A stretch of 64,000 nt of DNA from Tubulanus polymorphus. Lineage: Eukaryota > Animalia > Nemertea. Below, piece after piece: positions 23,844 to 37,612 of the stretch. The stretch is from assembly GCF_964204645.1 (NCBI RefSeq), contig NC_134026.1:31396250-31460249 (forward strand), written 5' to 3'. The position numbers were made by a program, and so were the translations under genes. Below the pieces are notes generated by a model that was not told the origin of the DNA, searched no databases, and was given only the letters and a program-made list of their open reading frames with translations. Numbering within the stretch: the stretch's first letter is position 1; each line of letters opens with the position of its first letter.

Positions 23844-26800
23844 ATGTCTACAAAATATGACCTTTTTTCGGGACTGTTGAAGCTGGTTCGCGCCGAGGTG
23901 CTGACGCTCGACCCTGTAACCCTCGGCGCGTTTTTTGATTTGAGTAAGTACAAAGTCTACTTCATCAATCTCAATCTAGGGTATCTCAAATTCTCGATTA
24001 TTTTTCATGAACATCTCAAATTATTTGATTTCCAACATCCGAAATTATTTGATCTCAAATTCACAATCACAATTATTTTATCTCAAATCTCCGCATTATT
24101 TGATTTCCTAAATCTCAAATTGTCTAAATCTCAATTATTTCGAATATCATCAATTAAAAAATCTAATATCATCTAATGTCAATTTCTTTCAATTCTCTTT
24201 TTAAGTTTGGAAAACTCTCAAACTTAATTGAATTTGCTATCGAATCTATGGTGAATTAAGTTTGAATTGAATTGAATTGAATAGTGAGTAGAGGCTCTGG
24301 TGGATGAGAATTAACTCGAGGAAGTAACTTCATTTCCTGGTTTCGGTTCCAAATATTGTCCAAATTGTGAAATATTCATCATGTTATTCATATTCCAGTC
24401 AATAGAGATAAGTTACAACATAAATAATTTAAACTGTGTAGGCCTCCAGACCAATGCATTTCATAGAAAATCCTGATTTATGTTTAATAAATCAAGTAAC
24501 TGGACTGCGCGGTTCAGTCCATTTAGTCAGGAAGCAGACTGCAGTTTAGTCCTTATTTTAATCAGTAACTGGACTGCGGTGTAGTCCATATTTTAGTCAA
24601 TAACTGTACTACCGTTTAATCCATATTTTAGTCAATAACTGGACTGCGGTGTAGTCCATATTTTAGTGTACTATGGTTTAGTCCATATTTTAGTCAATAA
24701 CTGGACTGCGGTTTAGTTGATAGTTTAGTCAGGAACCGCACGGCTGTTTAGTTCATATCCAGATACCCGTCACATTATGGGACCAACTTTTTAGATACCG
24801 CTGAAAAGTAGCACTAGTACTTTACGGTACTTTCGTTTTTCTCTTTGACTCCAGGATCCGAAAACATGTGATTTTCTTTTTTTATTAATCATTCATCAAC
24901 CGTCAGGAAATTCAGGATCACTATTTTTGATTGATTGGTTAAACTTTATTCCTCGTATCTCAAGGTAGTTGCTCAAAACAGTTTGAGATCCTGAGATTAT
25001 GGCAGGAAGGAGGTACATCTCGCCACTGCTATCATGAGCTTATCTGTGAACTAGTCTCAAGCCGCACCCACTCAATGTTTATACTAGATCTTAACTAGGA
25101 TATGATGTTTGATAAGAATAGCTCGGCTCATAGTCGGAACCTTCATCGTCTAATTTGGTGGCGAATCCTAGATATTGCGGCCTTGCGGTGAATACAGTTT
25201 ATACACGATTTATTTCTAACGGATTCATTATTACGGTCAATGGTTAGCGCCTCGTACTGAGTCACTCTAGTTGTGACCTTCCGCAGGACGTGGTTCTTAC
25301 TTTAGCTGAGCAGATCATCCCGTCTGTGCCTACATTTGTTGCCATAATAACGCCCAGCTGCCATAGAATTCTTCAATGATGTATCTGTGAGCTTTTACTA
25401 ACACCCAAGATTCCTTGGCGGACGGGTAGTTTGCTAGTGAAATATAAGAGTGCTGCCACTTGACCTATTTATCTAACTTCATATGTCTATGGCGATGAGT
25501 AAACACAGCACTATCGCACATTGGTGTGGCGACTCTTGTGCTTAGTGTTTTTCAGCCTCTTACATCCTCAATTAAGGCAAACTAATTGACTAATCAGTGA
25601 ATTAAATTATCTCGGGTTATTGGGCGAGCTTTTAGAATTACAGAGGCAAATTGGGATTCTAAATTGCTGATGGTCTTTAGTAAAATGAAATGCTTTTGCT
25701 CCAGGTCTGATTTTTCCAATTTCGAGGCCTGCATTAACTGACACTTATTCATCGATGAATCGTCTACAACATCATTGTTCAGTTTCAATCATCCTTATGT
25801 GCGGTCGTTTGATTGAAGTTTCGGATTGACTATTTCGTCATTTTCATTGTTCTTGTACGGAAGTAGATTGATTTCTGTCCTCAACAGTTGCAGACTGAAG
25901 TTCTCAGTAATTTCTTGTACAAGTTGAAGTTTTCTGCATCGATCATGCAGCAGGTGTCCATTGGCAGATGTCCGTTGGCAGGTGTCTGTTGGCAGGTGTC
26001 CATTGGCAGATGTCCGTTTGCAGTTTCTGCGTGAAATCATTAGACATCTCTTCATTTACTTATAGGAGGTTTACATGTTTGTTATCAGTCAGCATCCCAA
26101 ATTTTTAATGTCTCGGACCAGTTATCCGGTCCAAATCGATGAATTTCACCAACGGCACCCCCTAGAAAGAATTTATGCAATATTTTCAGCTGTTTTGAGG
26201 TAATTCCAATCAGAAACATTTGTTAACGCTTTTATCTTTTCCACTCTATTGTGTACGAATGTTTTCAATATTTGTCGACCAATATTTGTCTATCCAGTGT
26301 TTTTAGTAAAAAATTAAGAAGCCAGGTCCCAAAACAGGAGGATCCCATAATGTCACAGTCCCTGAAACGAAAGTCGGTTTGAAAAAACAGGTGGGTCCTT
26401 AAAAAACGACAGACGGGTCTGAGACCCGAGACCTGGCTCTTATTGAAAACACTGCTATTGTCCATCGCTATTTCGTTACAACGTTCGAAGGAATTTCTGA
26501 TTTCGTCCATTCGCCCGTTTTGACTACTTTGTCCTCAATCGACATATCTTTTTTACATGGTGTGTGAATCATGATATTACTTTCCATTTCTTTTTGATAG
26601 GTTCAGCATCCTTTTGATCGATAAATCAAGTAGCACTGTTCTTGTGGTGGTTATCACTAAAATTTTCTTGTACGTTTCTTTAGATTCCTCCAGCAACGAT
26701 TCGAGAACTGTAACTTGTTTTTCGTCGATATCTTCTTTGAGGAGTGCTCCATTTTTCTCAACATTTTTTTAGATATCGATGATAAACATTGTTGTTGTTG

Positions 26801-29800
26801 TTTCTTCAGTTCTGCCCGAATGGCTTTACCTTCAGAGGGCTCACCCATCAATGAAAATAATACTACTGTTGGTTATGACCAGGAATGAAGTTTTGCAGAG
26901 AGCTGACGAAGTGACGATGTGCAATCCATTGATTCTTTACTAAACTGAATTGCTGCTTTATTTCTATATTAAAAACTACACAAGTATCAGCTTATCATCT
27001 CATGGACGGTGTGCGATCGGATGGTGTGAGCGGAAGTTGCGATTAGCAATGATGTTGCCACGGGATCCGGATAAGTGCCAGTAACACTCTAATCTCTGTA
27101 CTGAGAGAATCATTCACAAAATCGCTATTTTTGATTTATACTTCCTCTTTTTGTCAGAACGTCAACATTCACTTTATCTTTTAACTTTCTTCTTTATATT
27201 CGTCTGATTTTAAATAGGTCGCACCAACTTTGTGTAGGAAAATCAACATATAATATACCATAAGTACTGTATATACAGATCGATCTATCCAAAATTCTGA
27301 AATATTCAGTCAAAATAAATATAGCGAAAATCTGAAAAAAATATAGCTACTTTTCAGCTGCATGAAAGCATACGGTCCCATACAGTGGTTTAGTCAGTAT
27401 CCAGACCACAGTTTAGTCATTACCCGGACCACTGTTTTATCAGTAACTGTGTGATTCATTTCGTTCTGAGAACAGATTTTATCAAATTTCCTCTAGGGGC
27501 CTAGCTGTTCTTCAGATAGGCCTACCCTTTGACTAAATGTTTTATTTTCAGAATTCTTTTATTCTCTTAAAGCCATAAAAAGTATTTCCTCTACCGTTAT
27601 CCAGGCCTGACATTTATCTAGGTCTATCCTGTTTTACACCTTACAAGTTCGACAGGGACATTTCATATTGTTTTTTCTGTAAACAACTGCAGCTGTATTT
27701 ATAGTGAATTATTCCACTGAATGATTCTATACTTGAAGGGTAAGTAGTGATTATTTGAAATACTTAATGAATTCATGTGATATAGGCCTAAATTCTAAAT
27801 ATCGTTTATTGTTCGCTGTTTAATGATGTTTGATTTTTATAGATAAAAATCTTATTATAATTTGTAGTGAATGGATTTAATTGTATGAAGTTGCAGCTGT
27901 GGACTGTGTCGTGTGAAATGGTTTTTACACCTGGTGGTTGTTTCTTAAAGTAAAAGTTTTTTGATTGATGATGAAAATACAGAAAATAAAGAAGAAATTT
28001 GAATGAAATTTTTTGTGTCGTTTTTCTGTTTGTCATGAAATGAAAATGAATTAGACTTACTTAGCAGAATCCATAGGGAAATGTGCAGTACTCGAAGGAA
28101 ATATCACCATTTTGGAACTAAAATTCGAACTAAGGTTCGAATCCATGACGACCTGGTTTCCCAGAATGCTTCCCGTATCCCGTAAATGTTCACTTCATTT
28201 CCGTTTATTCTCTGCCTGAACCGGTAAACTGTAATGGCTGTTCGCCTATATTATAGAATACATGTATGTACTATCAACCTTCTATCTCTGTTAGCAAAAA
28301 TACATAAAAACATGAGAACATCTTTATTTTTGCTGTTAGTGATTAGGCCTTATGTTCTATTAATGCACACGCATGACTTAAATTGGTCATAATTTCCATT
28401 ACTCAAAGAGGACATCACAAGTGAACTGAATCGTAGGAAAATGTTGCGGGATAAAGAAACATGAAATGTCCAGTCTATTGAAGGACTTGTGTCTAGTATA
28501 TTATCTCTTTCAGTGCCCATGTGTAATAAGAGAAAAACCCTCAGAGTGCCCATCATTGTTACCTAAAAAGTAGGAAAATCAATAGAAACTTTGGAGCTCC
28601 GTAGAGTGAAACTGTAAGAGATGGAGCTTTATGGTAATTGAAAAGTTTGTAGGGTATGAATGACCCTTGGATAATTTTGGTGGTAATTTTTCTTACTGAA
28701 AGTGACGTCCTATGCAAATGAGCTAATTTGCATGAATTATAATCGGTGACCTATTTATTTGATAACCCCCTAAATTTCATGTATCAAAATGAACAAATCT
28801 GGTATCTAGCCTCAGCTAAAAGCTGACAATGGAATATTCTATGTCTACGGTCACAAATATATATTTTATGGGTAATTATAATTAGTAAATGAGCTAATAA
28901 TTAAATCACGTGACCTCCGGATAAGTACCCGCTACTTTCAAACGCAAAAAACTCAAATATTTTGAATAGCAACACCACAAAAACGCAGCATAAAAACTTA
29001 CTAACATTTAATCAAGCCATCTAGTGGCAGGTTTCTCCGCTGAATTCTATGCGACTAAACTGCTATAAGAAATGTCGATGAAAGTCGACAGGGCACTGTA
29101 CGACCTGAAATAATCTGTAGACGAAAGTCGACTGGGCACTGAAAAAGTTATAGAAGGAATTTGGGGATTCACTACATGGTCAGATTGTATACAATACAAA
29201 GAAATTGATCATTTTGACCGCTATTAGGCTCAATAAATCTTTTCATCAATTGATTTTTGCAATTCTTAAAAACCGGTAACTGCCTAATTAGGTATGAAAA
29301 TAAAGGTGCCAAACTGTAGCGGATTAGGCGGAGTCTACTGCATAATGAATACCACTTTAAAATGGCTGTGCATGGAATTTTGTTGATCTGAATAAATCAA
29401 TCGTTGGTGTAAGATGAATTATACATTCTAGGTAAGTTATGCAATGAATATGTGGAGTACCGATAGGCCTATTGCTGACAATGAATATTCTATTGGGAAT
29501 AATGAATTACAGCCATTTATGTTGATAGTGAAATATTGTTCTTCAAAATGAATGTATTATATTTGTAGTGAGTGTTGTTTCTGAAGGTGCAGTAGTGGGC
29601 AGTGTTGTGTGAAATGGTTTTAGATTCAGCGAAGTGAAATTATTTATGTCGTTTTTCTGTTTTAATTCATGCTGTAAATAGTTTAAACAATAAAATATTA
29701 AAAAATCAGTCATAATTTTATCTTCATTTTTGATAAAATATAATATGTTATACACACTTGCCTCATGTTCAGGGGAAATAAAATGCAAATTCTCCCACTT

Positions 29801-31584
29801 ATCGTGGATGGAGTGTGGCCCTGTATGCAATCAAAAAGTGTTCTACAAAATGATTGAATAGATTTCTGAAGTGTGGACAAATTTTTCACTCATCCAATTG
29901 AAAAGTAATTACTGAATAAAAGGGATTATCGATCAATTTTTTGTTTACAGCGCGACATCTGTTTTAAATTAGATCTTTTATCGTTGCAAAGTTTCCATTT
30001 CAATTGGTTGACAAATGAAAAGTTATCATGCGTGTTATTCCAAAGAGGTTCCCAGATTTTGAAAACAAGGGTCATGGGTAACAATTCCATTGATTATTCA
30101 TTATAATGTATAGTTTTTGTCACCTGGAACCTGGTACGTCATCACCCCCCAGACAAAAATCAAGTGTATCTTTGATTCATGATTTGCTACCAAAATTGAT
30201 TGTCGGTAATTGTAGGATGTAATTTATTACAATCAGTAGTTCCAGTAATGAATTAACAAAAGTGTTAGTCGCCAGCAACTAGCAAAGTACCCGTCCACAT
30301 ACAGCGTTGGTTCTGAAACATATAAGTATATAAGACATAAAAATACCATTATTAAAAATTGTATTGAAAGATTCAATTATCAGCCTCACTGATGATATAC
30401 TGTCGACTTATCGTTATTATGTAATGGATGATGCAAATTATGAGAGCGGTAAAAAGTGAAGTTACAACAGCGTTAGTCGTACAACCATATCGTACAACCA
30501 GTGACATGATCACTTCTCACAAAATAAGCTTACGATTGCTTCCAAACATTCAAATGACCCTTCTTACCCTACTTTGTTCGTTCTTCCATCACGTCACATT
30601 CACCTATTGGATAACTGCATCATTTTATAGGTTAATATCTAGAAATACGATAATTATATGCGAGCATGTCATTTATGTGTAATATGCATGATCCTTAATG
30701 TTTTTTTTTTCATTCCAGATTTAGACATCATAAACTCTCTCAACCACGACCAGTCTGAAGCAGCCCGCAGAGCACTTCAAGAATTTAAAGAAATTTATAC
30801 AAGGTGTGTATCTCTCTGCGGGCCTAAGGAACCAACTCCTCCAGAAATCATTCCACCTTTTGAGTTGGTTCCTTTGCAGGAGGTGGACCCTGCTTCTCCC
30901 GTAAATGTGGAGCAGGAGGTCGCCCCTGCAGTGGTGACCCCGACAGAGGCGCCACAGCTTCAGACGCCTTCACTGCGTCGGTCGCCCCGTCGAAATACAA
31001 AAGAAATAGATTATACAGAAGGTACGGGGCGTCCGAAATCAAAAAAAAAAGGCAAACGTGCAGCTCGTCCTCCTCCACCTCCGCAACCAAATTTTGAGGA
31101 GGAGAGCAGTGATGAGGAGGAATTCGCCACTCCTGGAGCAACACCACCAGGGCCCGCAACACCACCACCTCGCGATGATATTAGACCACCACGACGACCA
31201 CGACAACCACCTGCAACTACTACTAATTCTACTACTACTACCACTACTACCACTACTAAGAAAAGACGACCACGACCACCTACTTCAACTGCGACTAGTA
31301 CTACTACAACTTCGACAACTAGATCAAATAATACAAGAAATAGAAAAAGAAGACTTGAAGATGAAGAAAGTGATGATGATTACGAAAATAATAATACGCC
31401 TGCCCAGGCATCGACATCGGGCGCTCCAGCGGGGCCACCACCTTCCCCCGCTGTCGAGCTCATCGCGCGCGGCCCTGGTTGGTCAAGAAACATCGAGTAT
31501 AAAGATCCTATTAGAATGCTCCGCGATGTTGAAGGGGCCTTTAAAGGAAAATATCAATTAGTAAAACGTCGGCGAACACAATAG
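23844..31584 (+). CDS. Orphan protein (~321 aa): helical N-terminus plus a Pro/Thr/acidic/basic disordered region; putative nuclear protein
   Basis: Coding exon 23844-23943 (phase-1 donor A|GTAAGT) joins in frame to exon 30719-31584 (acceptor TTTCATTCCAG). Both exons are GC-richer than their flanks. The 866-nt exon is open throughout. The join itself is inferred. Confidence 0.6.
24776..27382. mobile_element. ~2.6-kb degenerate TIR DNA transposon, family unknown
   Basis: 37-bp bipartite inverted termini TATGGGACC-N15-GCTGAAAAGTAGC at 24776-24812 and 27346-27382. It interrupts a TTTAGTC/ACTGGAC repeat (24495-24760 and 27385-27450). Only broken minus-strand ORF fragments lie inside. Confidence 0.7.
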
Positions 31585-31589
31585 TATAA

Positions 31590-31757
31590 TATCAGCCCCT
31601 TCACTCGCCATCACCCGGGCAACAACATCAGCCCATGCACGTCTGCAGATCGGCACTTCTTGAAACTCAGTTTTCCCTTCCTCCTTCGTCGATCTGCAGG
31701 TTGCGCAGTGTTAAATATCTGTCAACACTCCTTGAACCAGTGGGCGTGCAGTCCTTC
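31590..31757 (-). pseudogene. Possible degenerate RING-finger fragment
   Basis: GLHAHWFKEC*...RRRRKGKLSFKKC, then after a 1-nt frameshift PICRRAW, giving CPICR. Confidence 0.3.
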
Positions 31758-32044
31758 CTTATTTTTATTTGAAAAAAATATGAAAAAATAAAAACCAGCC
31801 TTGTAAATATGGATTTTATGGAGTTTTACGGTTAATCTCCAAAAAAATTTAAAAAGATAAAAATATAAAAAAATTCATAATCATTTCATCAATTTATTTA
31901 TTTTTTGGATGAAAGGAAATTTTTATCCATCATCTCATTCATATACATTTTATATCATTTATTTATTTCTTTTTTTTTTGACTGTACGTCCCACTGTGTT
32001 CCACACCATTTTTGTTCCGACCCATATTCATTAAGATTCATTGT

Positions 32045-32690
32045 GCTTCTCACAATGCTGAAGCATTTACCATCTTTGCTTCTACTTTGCAGTAGTAACC
32101 ATCCATACCACCTGATTGTGGAAGTAGCCTTCTTAGGAGTCATCTATCCTAATCCTATGGTCAGCCTTTTCAAATGTCTTTCGGGATATAGACCATCCTT
32201 GCTACTACTTGTATTACAATACCTTATTATGAAGGTTCATTTTGCTTCTCATGATGCTGAAGCATTTACCATCTTTGCCACTACTTAGCAGCAGTAACCA
32301 TCCATACCACCTGATTGTGGAAGTAGCCTTCTTAGGAGTCATCAATTGTAATCCTATGGTCAGCCTTTTCAAATGTCTTTCGGGATATAGACCATCCTTG
32401 CTACTACTTCTATTACAATACCTTATTATGAAGGTTTATTTTGCTTCTCATGATGCTGAAGCATTTACCATCTTTGCCACTACTTAGCAGCAGTAACCAT
32501 CCATACCACCTGATTGTGGAAGTAGCCTTCTTAGGAGTCATCAATTTTAATCCTATGGTCAGCCTTTTCAAATGTCTTTCGGGATATAGACCATCCTTGC
32601 TACTACTTCTATTACAATACCTTATTATTAAGGTTCATTTTGCTTCTCATGATGCTGAAGCATTTACCATCCTTGCCACTACTTACTACT
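32045..32690. repeat. 199-bp tandem repeat, ~3.2 copies
   Basis: ATGCTGAAGCATTTACCATC recurs with a 199-bp period. Confidence 0.9.
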
Positions 32691-33594
32691 ATGGTCGGCC
32701 GTTGTAAATCTCTTTCGAGATATGCAGGGAATCAATTCCTACAATAACTCGTATGGAGTTTGAAAAAAGTGGATTTTTCAAATCAAAAGGAACAGCTATG
32801 ATTCACATAATGTGATTCTTTATCGAACTTTATCGGAACATGGAGAAGGAATAGCTATGTTTCACACATAATGCGTTTCCTTATGAAGCTGAAAATAACG
32901 TGGAGAAGGAACAGCTATGTTTCACATAATGCGATTCCTTAGGAAACTACATTGAAACAGATTGTTCAATGTTCCATGTTGCCCCCTCCCCCAAATACTA
33001 TGACGTTTATACGTCAAGTGTAAAACCATTATATCGTTATTAACATATTCGTTTTTCTAATTACAGAATTAAAGATAAATTTAATATGACATGAAAACTT
33101 GAATGATTGAAATGTTAATATCTAATGCTCAACAACGGAGGGAAATCCTTCACATGTGATCGGAGGGATTTAAAATGTTTACTCATAAGGAAAAGGAATA
33201 TATATTTATATACGTGAGATTGCCTGGATTAAAAATTGCACAAGAAAGGAAACCACAGCAAAGACTACGGTAATCAATTTCATTACATTTCTAAGGTGTG
33301 AAACCATCACCATCTGGATCGGTGATCAATGCATGAATTTATGAGTTCATAATTGAACATAGGATATAATAGAAAAATGCAAAAATCTGCAAAAATGCAA
33401 TGATTAAGAATCTCTGATAAAGAAAGTATAAAATAAAGATCTTGGATTGGAAAATTTGTTGTTATCACATCAGTGATCGGGTTTTACTGATTGATATTGA
33501 TCTCTACTGATTCTAACGATCACCAGGATCAAGGGTTGAGAATTCAAAATTCTTGTTGATGATAAGTCTGCATCTCTTGTTGAAATCAATAAGG

Positions 33595-33792
33595 CATATG
33601 AGAGAGGAGGTCTGAGATATGAGAGAGGAGGTTCAGGGAATAAAGAGTTTATGGAGATATGATAGAGGAGTTTATGGAGATATGATAGAGGAGTTTATGG
33701 AGATATGATAGAGGAGTTTATGGAGATATGAGAGAGGAGTTTAGAGAGATATGAGAGAGAGAGGAGTTTAGAGAGATATGATAGAGGAGATG
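33595..33792. repeat. 23-bp GA-rich repeat
   Basis: (GAGATATGATAGAGGAGTTTATG)n. Confidence 0.8.
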
Positions 33793-35477
33793 GTCTAAAA
33801 GGAAAATTGTTAAGTTAATAACAATTGAGCAACTCAGTAATAGACGCCACTCTGACATAAGTAACTCCTGGTCCTCGATTGGGATCTAGATTGCAGGAAT
33901 TGCGTTTAGCAATTGAAATATGGTTGATAGAGCGTGGAATTGTTTCCATGTAGGCGAGCAATGCACTAAACACACGTCAGATTAAGGCTGTTGAGAGTGA
34001 ATTATCAATAGATGTAAGAAATCTACGATGAAGTTGTTTGCAAGAGGTCTATCATTCATATTGCAGTTAATCAGATCAGGTTCTCAGGTGCTTCCTTGGT
34101 CCCCAAAAATGGCATAAGTTGTATTAAAGTATGCGATATATTCTACAAATTTATTACATGAAATGTGGCTACTTGTAGTTTCTCAGCCACTTGGTAATTA
34201 TTGTTGTGAAGAGGTCACGAAATCTAGCATCATCAATAGATTTCTACTCACTGAGATCCAGTCAGACTGCACATGTTGAACAGTTTGTTGTATTTTTGTG
34301 GTACCAGTTTTTTCACTTGCCGAGAATGAACAAAATTCCTAAATTTTGAGTCCTTCAGAACTTTTCCTATCCTAATTTGTCCAAAATTTCATTCCATTTC
34401 TCAAAATTATTTGCAGTTTTTGAATATCTGCGGAATATGATTAATTATTTTCCTGGTTTCATTTTTACTATTGCCCAAAATCATACCTTATATGAACTAT
34501 TATCACTATTATTTGATTCTTTCACTGATTGATTACAGGTCTTTTGGGGTTTGGTTCAATATTGTGATTGATCAAGGTGATCCATCTAAAACTATTTCAT
34601 CGGCATCAATTTTGAAATATTCATATCTGAAAACAATTTCATTGATACTTCTAAACTAGTAATTCTAAAAAAATTCTAAAAACAATTTTACACGTATCTT
34701 AAGACCATTCTAGAAACGATTTTAAATTATTTCAATTTTAATGTAAATATTTTATCTGAATTTTAATCTATTAAAGAAACTATTTTATATCTGAATTTTA
34801 AAATACCTATGATATCTAAAAACTATTTTATCTTAATTTTAATCTATTAAAGAAACTATTTTATATCTGAATTTTAAAATACCTATGATATCTAAAAACT
34901 ATTTTATCTTAATTTTAATCTATTAAAGTAACTATTTCATATCTGAATTTTGAAATACCTATGATATCTAAAAACTATTTTATCTTAATATTGTACTATT
35001 TCATTTGTATATATTTTATCTCAAAGTATCTTTTTAAACTGTTTTATTCGTATATATTTTAAAAAATATTTCATTTGTATATATATTCTTTTAAAACATT
35101 GTTTTATTTGTATTTCAATACTAACTAAAAGATCAATTTAATGAAATATTTTATATTTGACTATCACTGTGTATATTCGAACCCCAGTGATTTCATGAGA
35201 ATGGAATAACTGAAGGTCCAGGTTTTATCACCGAATACTCTTTGACACAATTACGTGGTCCACAACACAGATATAAATAGTGGTTCTATAAAAGGCCCAT
35301 GTTGTATATAGTGCACGCATAAAGAGCTTTTACTCGTAGTTGATATAGGCTTAGTAAATATGAAATGTGATTGAGAACTTTTTCTCATACTGTCTTTTCC
35401 TTTTTTCTTATAATTTTATTATCAATTTTCTACCAACAACAGAAAATCCACTCATTTTCAGTCGGTGTTTCACAATA

Positions 35478-35948
35478 ATGGAACGCGATAAATAAAAAAA
35501 AACAATCCAAGTGTATTTTTCATATGATATTTTCAGCATCTCGACGTATGAAATTGACGTAGATTATTGAAGCGTAGATTCAGAAAATCACTACTAGGTG
35601 GCGTGTCAGATTATTAGTTCAATGACATCAGATAAATATAATAATACAACCACTTGTAGTACAAACAGTTACAACAAACTTTATTTTCCTGCACAATATA
35701 CAAATAGTAGTAAAGTCCATACTATCTTTGAATTAGAACTTCCTCTAGCCTAAATGCTAGCGGTCATGTTATTATTTTTATTGGACGTCATCTCAGTTTT
35801 TTAGTCTTTGAACGTAATGATAATCTATAGTATTTTTGGAAATGATATAAAACAACGCTAATTTGATGTCATCATAACAAAATATGTCGCTGAAAATATC
35901 ATATAAGAAATACACTCGGATTTTTTTATTTTATTTATTTCGTTCCAT
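35478..35948. mobile_element. ~470-bp MITE
   Basis: ~60-bp imperfect TIRs: ATGGAACG...ATCCAAGTGTATTTTTCATATGATATTTTCAGC and its reverse complement at 35889-35948. Confidence 0.7.
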
Positions 35949-36387
35949 ACAAAACCATACTCAGTTCCACAGTTTGATTTGGATACTAGAATTTAAATAC
36001 ATACAATTGCACAACTGTTGAACTGGGATTTGTTAAATTGTCAGCATGCCGTTTATAATTAATCACTAGTGTGTTTCAAGTTAGCCTTAGTTTAGATTAG
36101 TTAGTTTTTGTTAAGTCATTTTATTAATTTTTTTGCGGTTTAAATTTAATTTGTTCCAGTTGATTTAAGTCTAGTTTAGTTTAAGTTTAAGTTCGTTTAG
36201 GTCAAGTTGATTAAGTTGTAACTATTGATGTTAACTTAAAGTACGTATAAACCTCTGATAAACTGAGGGTCAATTTATCTTATGATAAGTTACACTCAGG
36301 TTATTAATCACTAATCCCTTTTGAGATCTCATTATTTTATGCAGTTCAGAGATTTTTACTGAATAAAATAGTAACATCTTGGAATAT

Positions 36388-37612
36388 GATGAACTGAGGG
36401 TCAATTCATCAATGATGAAATAACTCTCAGGATCATCAATAAAACAATGAATGAAATGAGGGTAAATTCATCATTGTTGAAATCACTCTCAGGATCATCA
36501 TTAAAACAATGAATGAACTGAGGGTGAATTCATCATTGTTGAAACTATTCTCAGGATCATCATTAAAACAATGAATGAACTGAGGGTAAATTCATCATTG
36601 TTGAAATCACTCTCAGGATCATCATTAAAACAATGAATGAACTAAGGGTAAATTCATCATTATTGAAATCACTCTCAGGATCATCATTAAAACAATGAAT
36701 GAACTGAGGGTAAATTCATCATTGTTGAAATCACTCTCAGGATCATCATTAAAACAATGAATGAACTGAGGGTAAATTCATCATTGTTGAAATCACTCTC
36801 AGGATCATCATTAAAACAATGAATGAACTGAGGGTAAATTCATCATTGTTGAAATCACTCTCAGGATCATCATTAAAACAATGATTGAACTGAGGGTAAA
36901 TTCATCGTTGTTGGAATCACTCTCAGGATCATCATTAAAACAATGAATGAACTGAGGGTGAATTCATCATTGTTGAAATCACTCTCAGGATCATCATTAA
37001 AACAATGAATGAACTGAGGGTAAATTCATCGTTGTTGGAATCACTCTCAGGATCATCATTAAAACAATGAATGAACTGAGGGTGAATTCATCATTGTTGA
37101 AATCACTCTCAGGATCATCATTAAAACAATGAATGAACTGAGGGTAAATTCATCATTGTTGAAATCACTCTCAGGATCATCATTAAAACAATGAATGAAC
37201 TGAGGGTAAATTCATCATTGTTGGAATCACTCTCAGGATCATCATTAAAACAATGAATGAACTGAGGGTGAATTCATCATTGTTGAAATCACTCTCAGGA
37301 TCATCATTAAAACAATGAATGAACTGAGGGTAAATTCATCGTTGTTGGAATCACTCTCAGGATCATCATTAAACAATGAATGAACTGAGGGTAAATTCAT
37401 CGTTGTTGGAATCACTCTCAGGATCATCATTAAAACAATGAATGAACTGAGGGTAAATTCATCGTTGTTGGAATCACTCTCAGGATCATCATTAAAACAA
37501 TGAATGAACTGAGGATAAATTCATCATTGTTGAAATCACTCTCAGGATCATCATTAAAACAATGAATGAACTGAGGGTAAATTCATCATTATTGAAATTA
37601 CTCTCAGTTCAT
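36388..37612. repeat. 62-bp satellite, ~20 copies, each with a 37-bp imperfect palindrome
   Basis: Unit contains CTGAGGGTAAATTCATCATTGTTGAAATCACTCTCAG. Confidence 0.95.
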
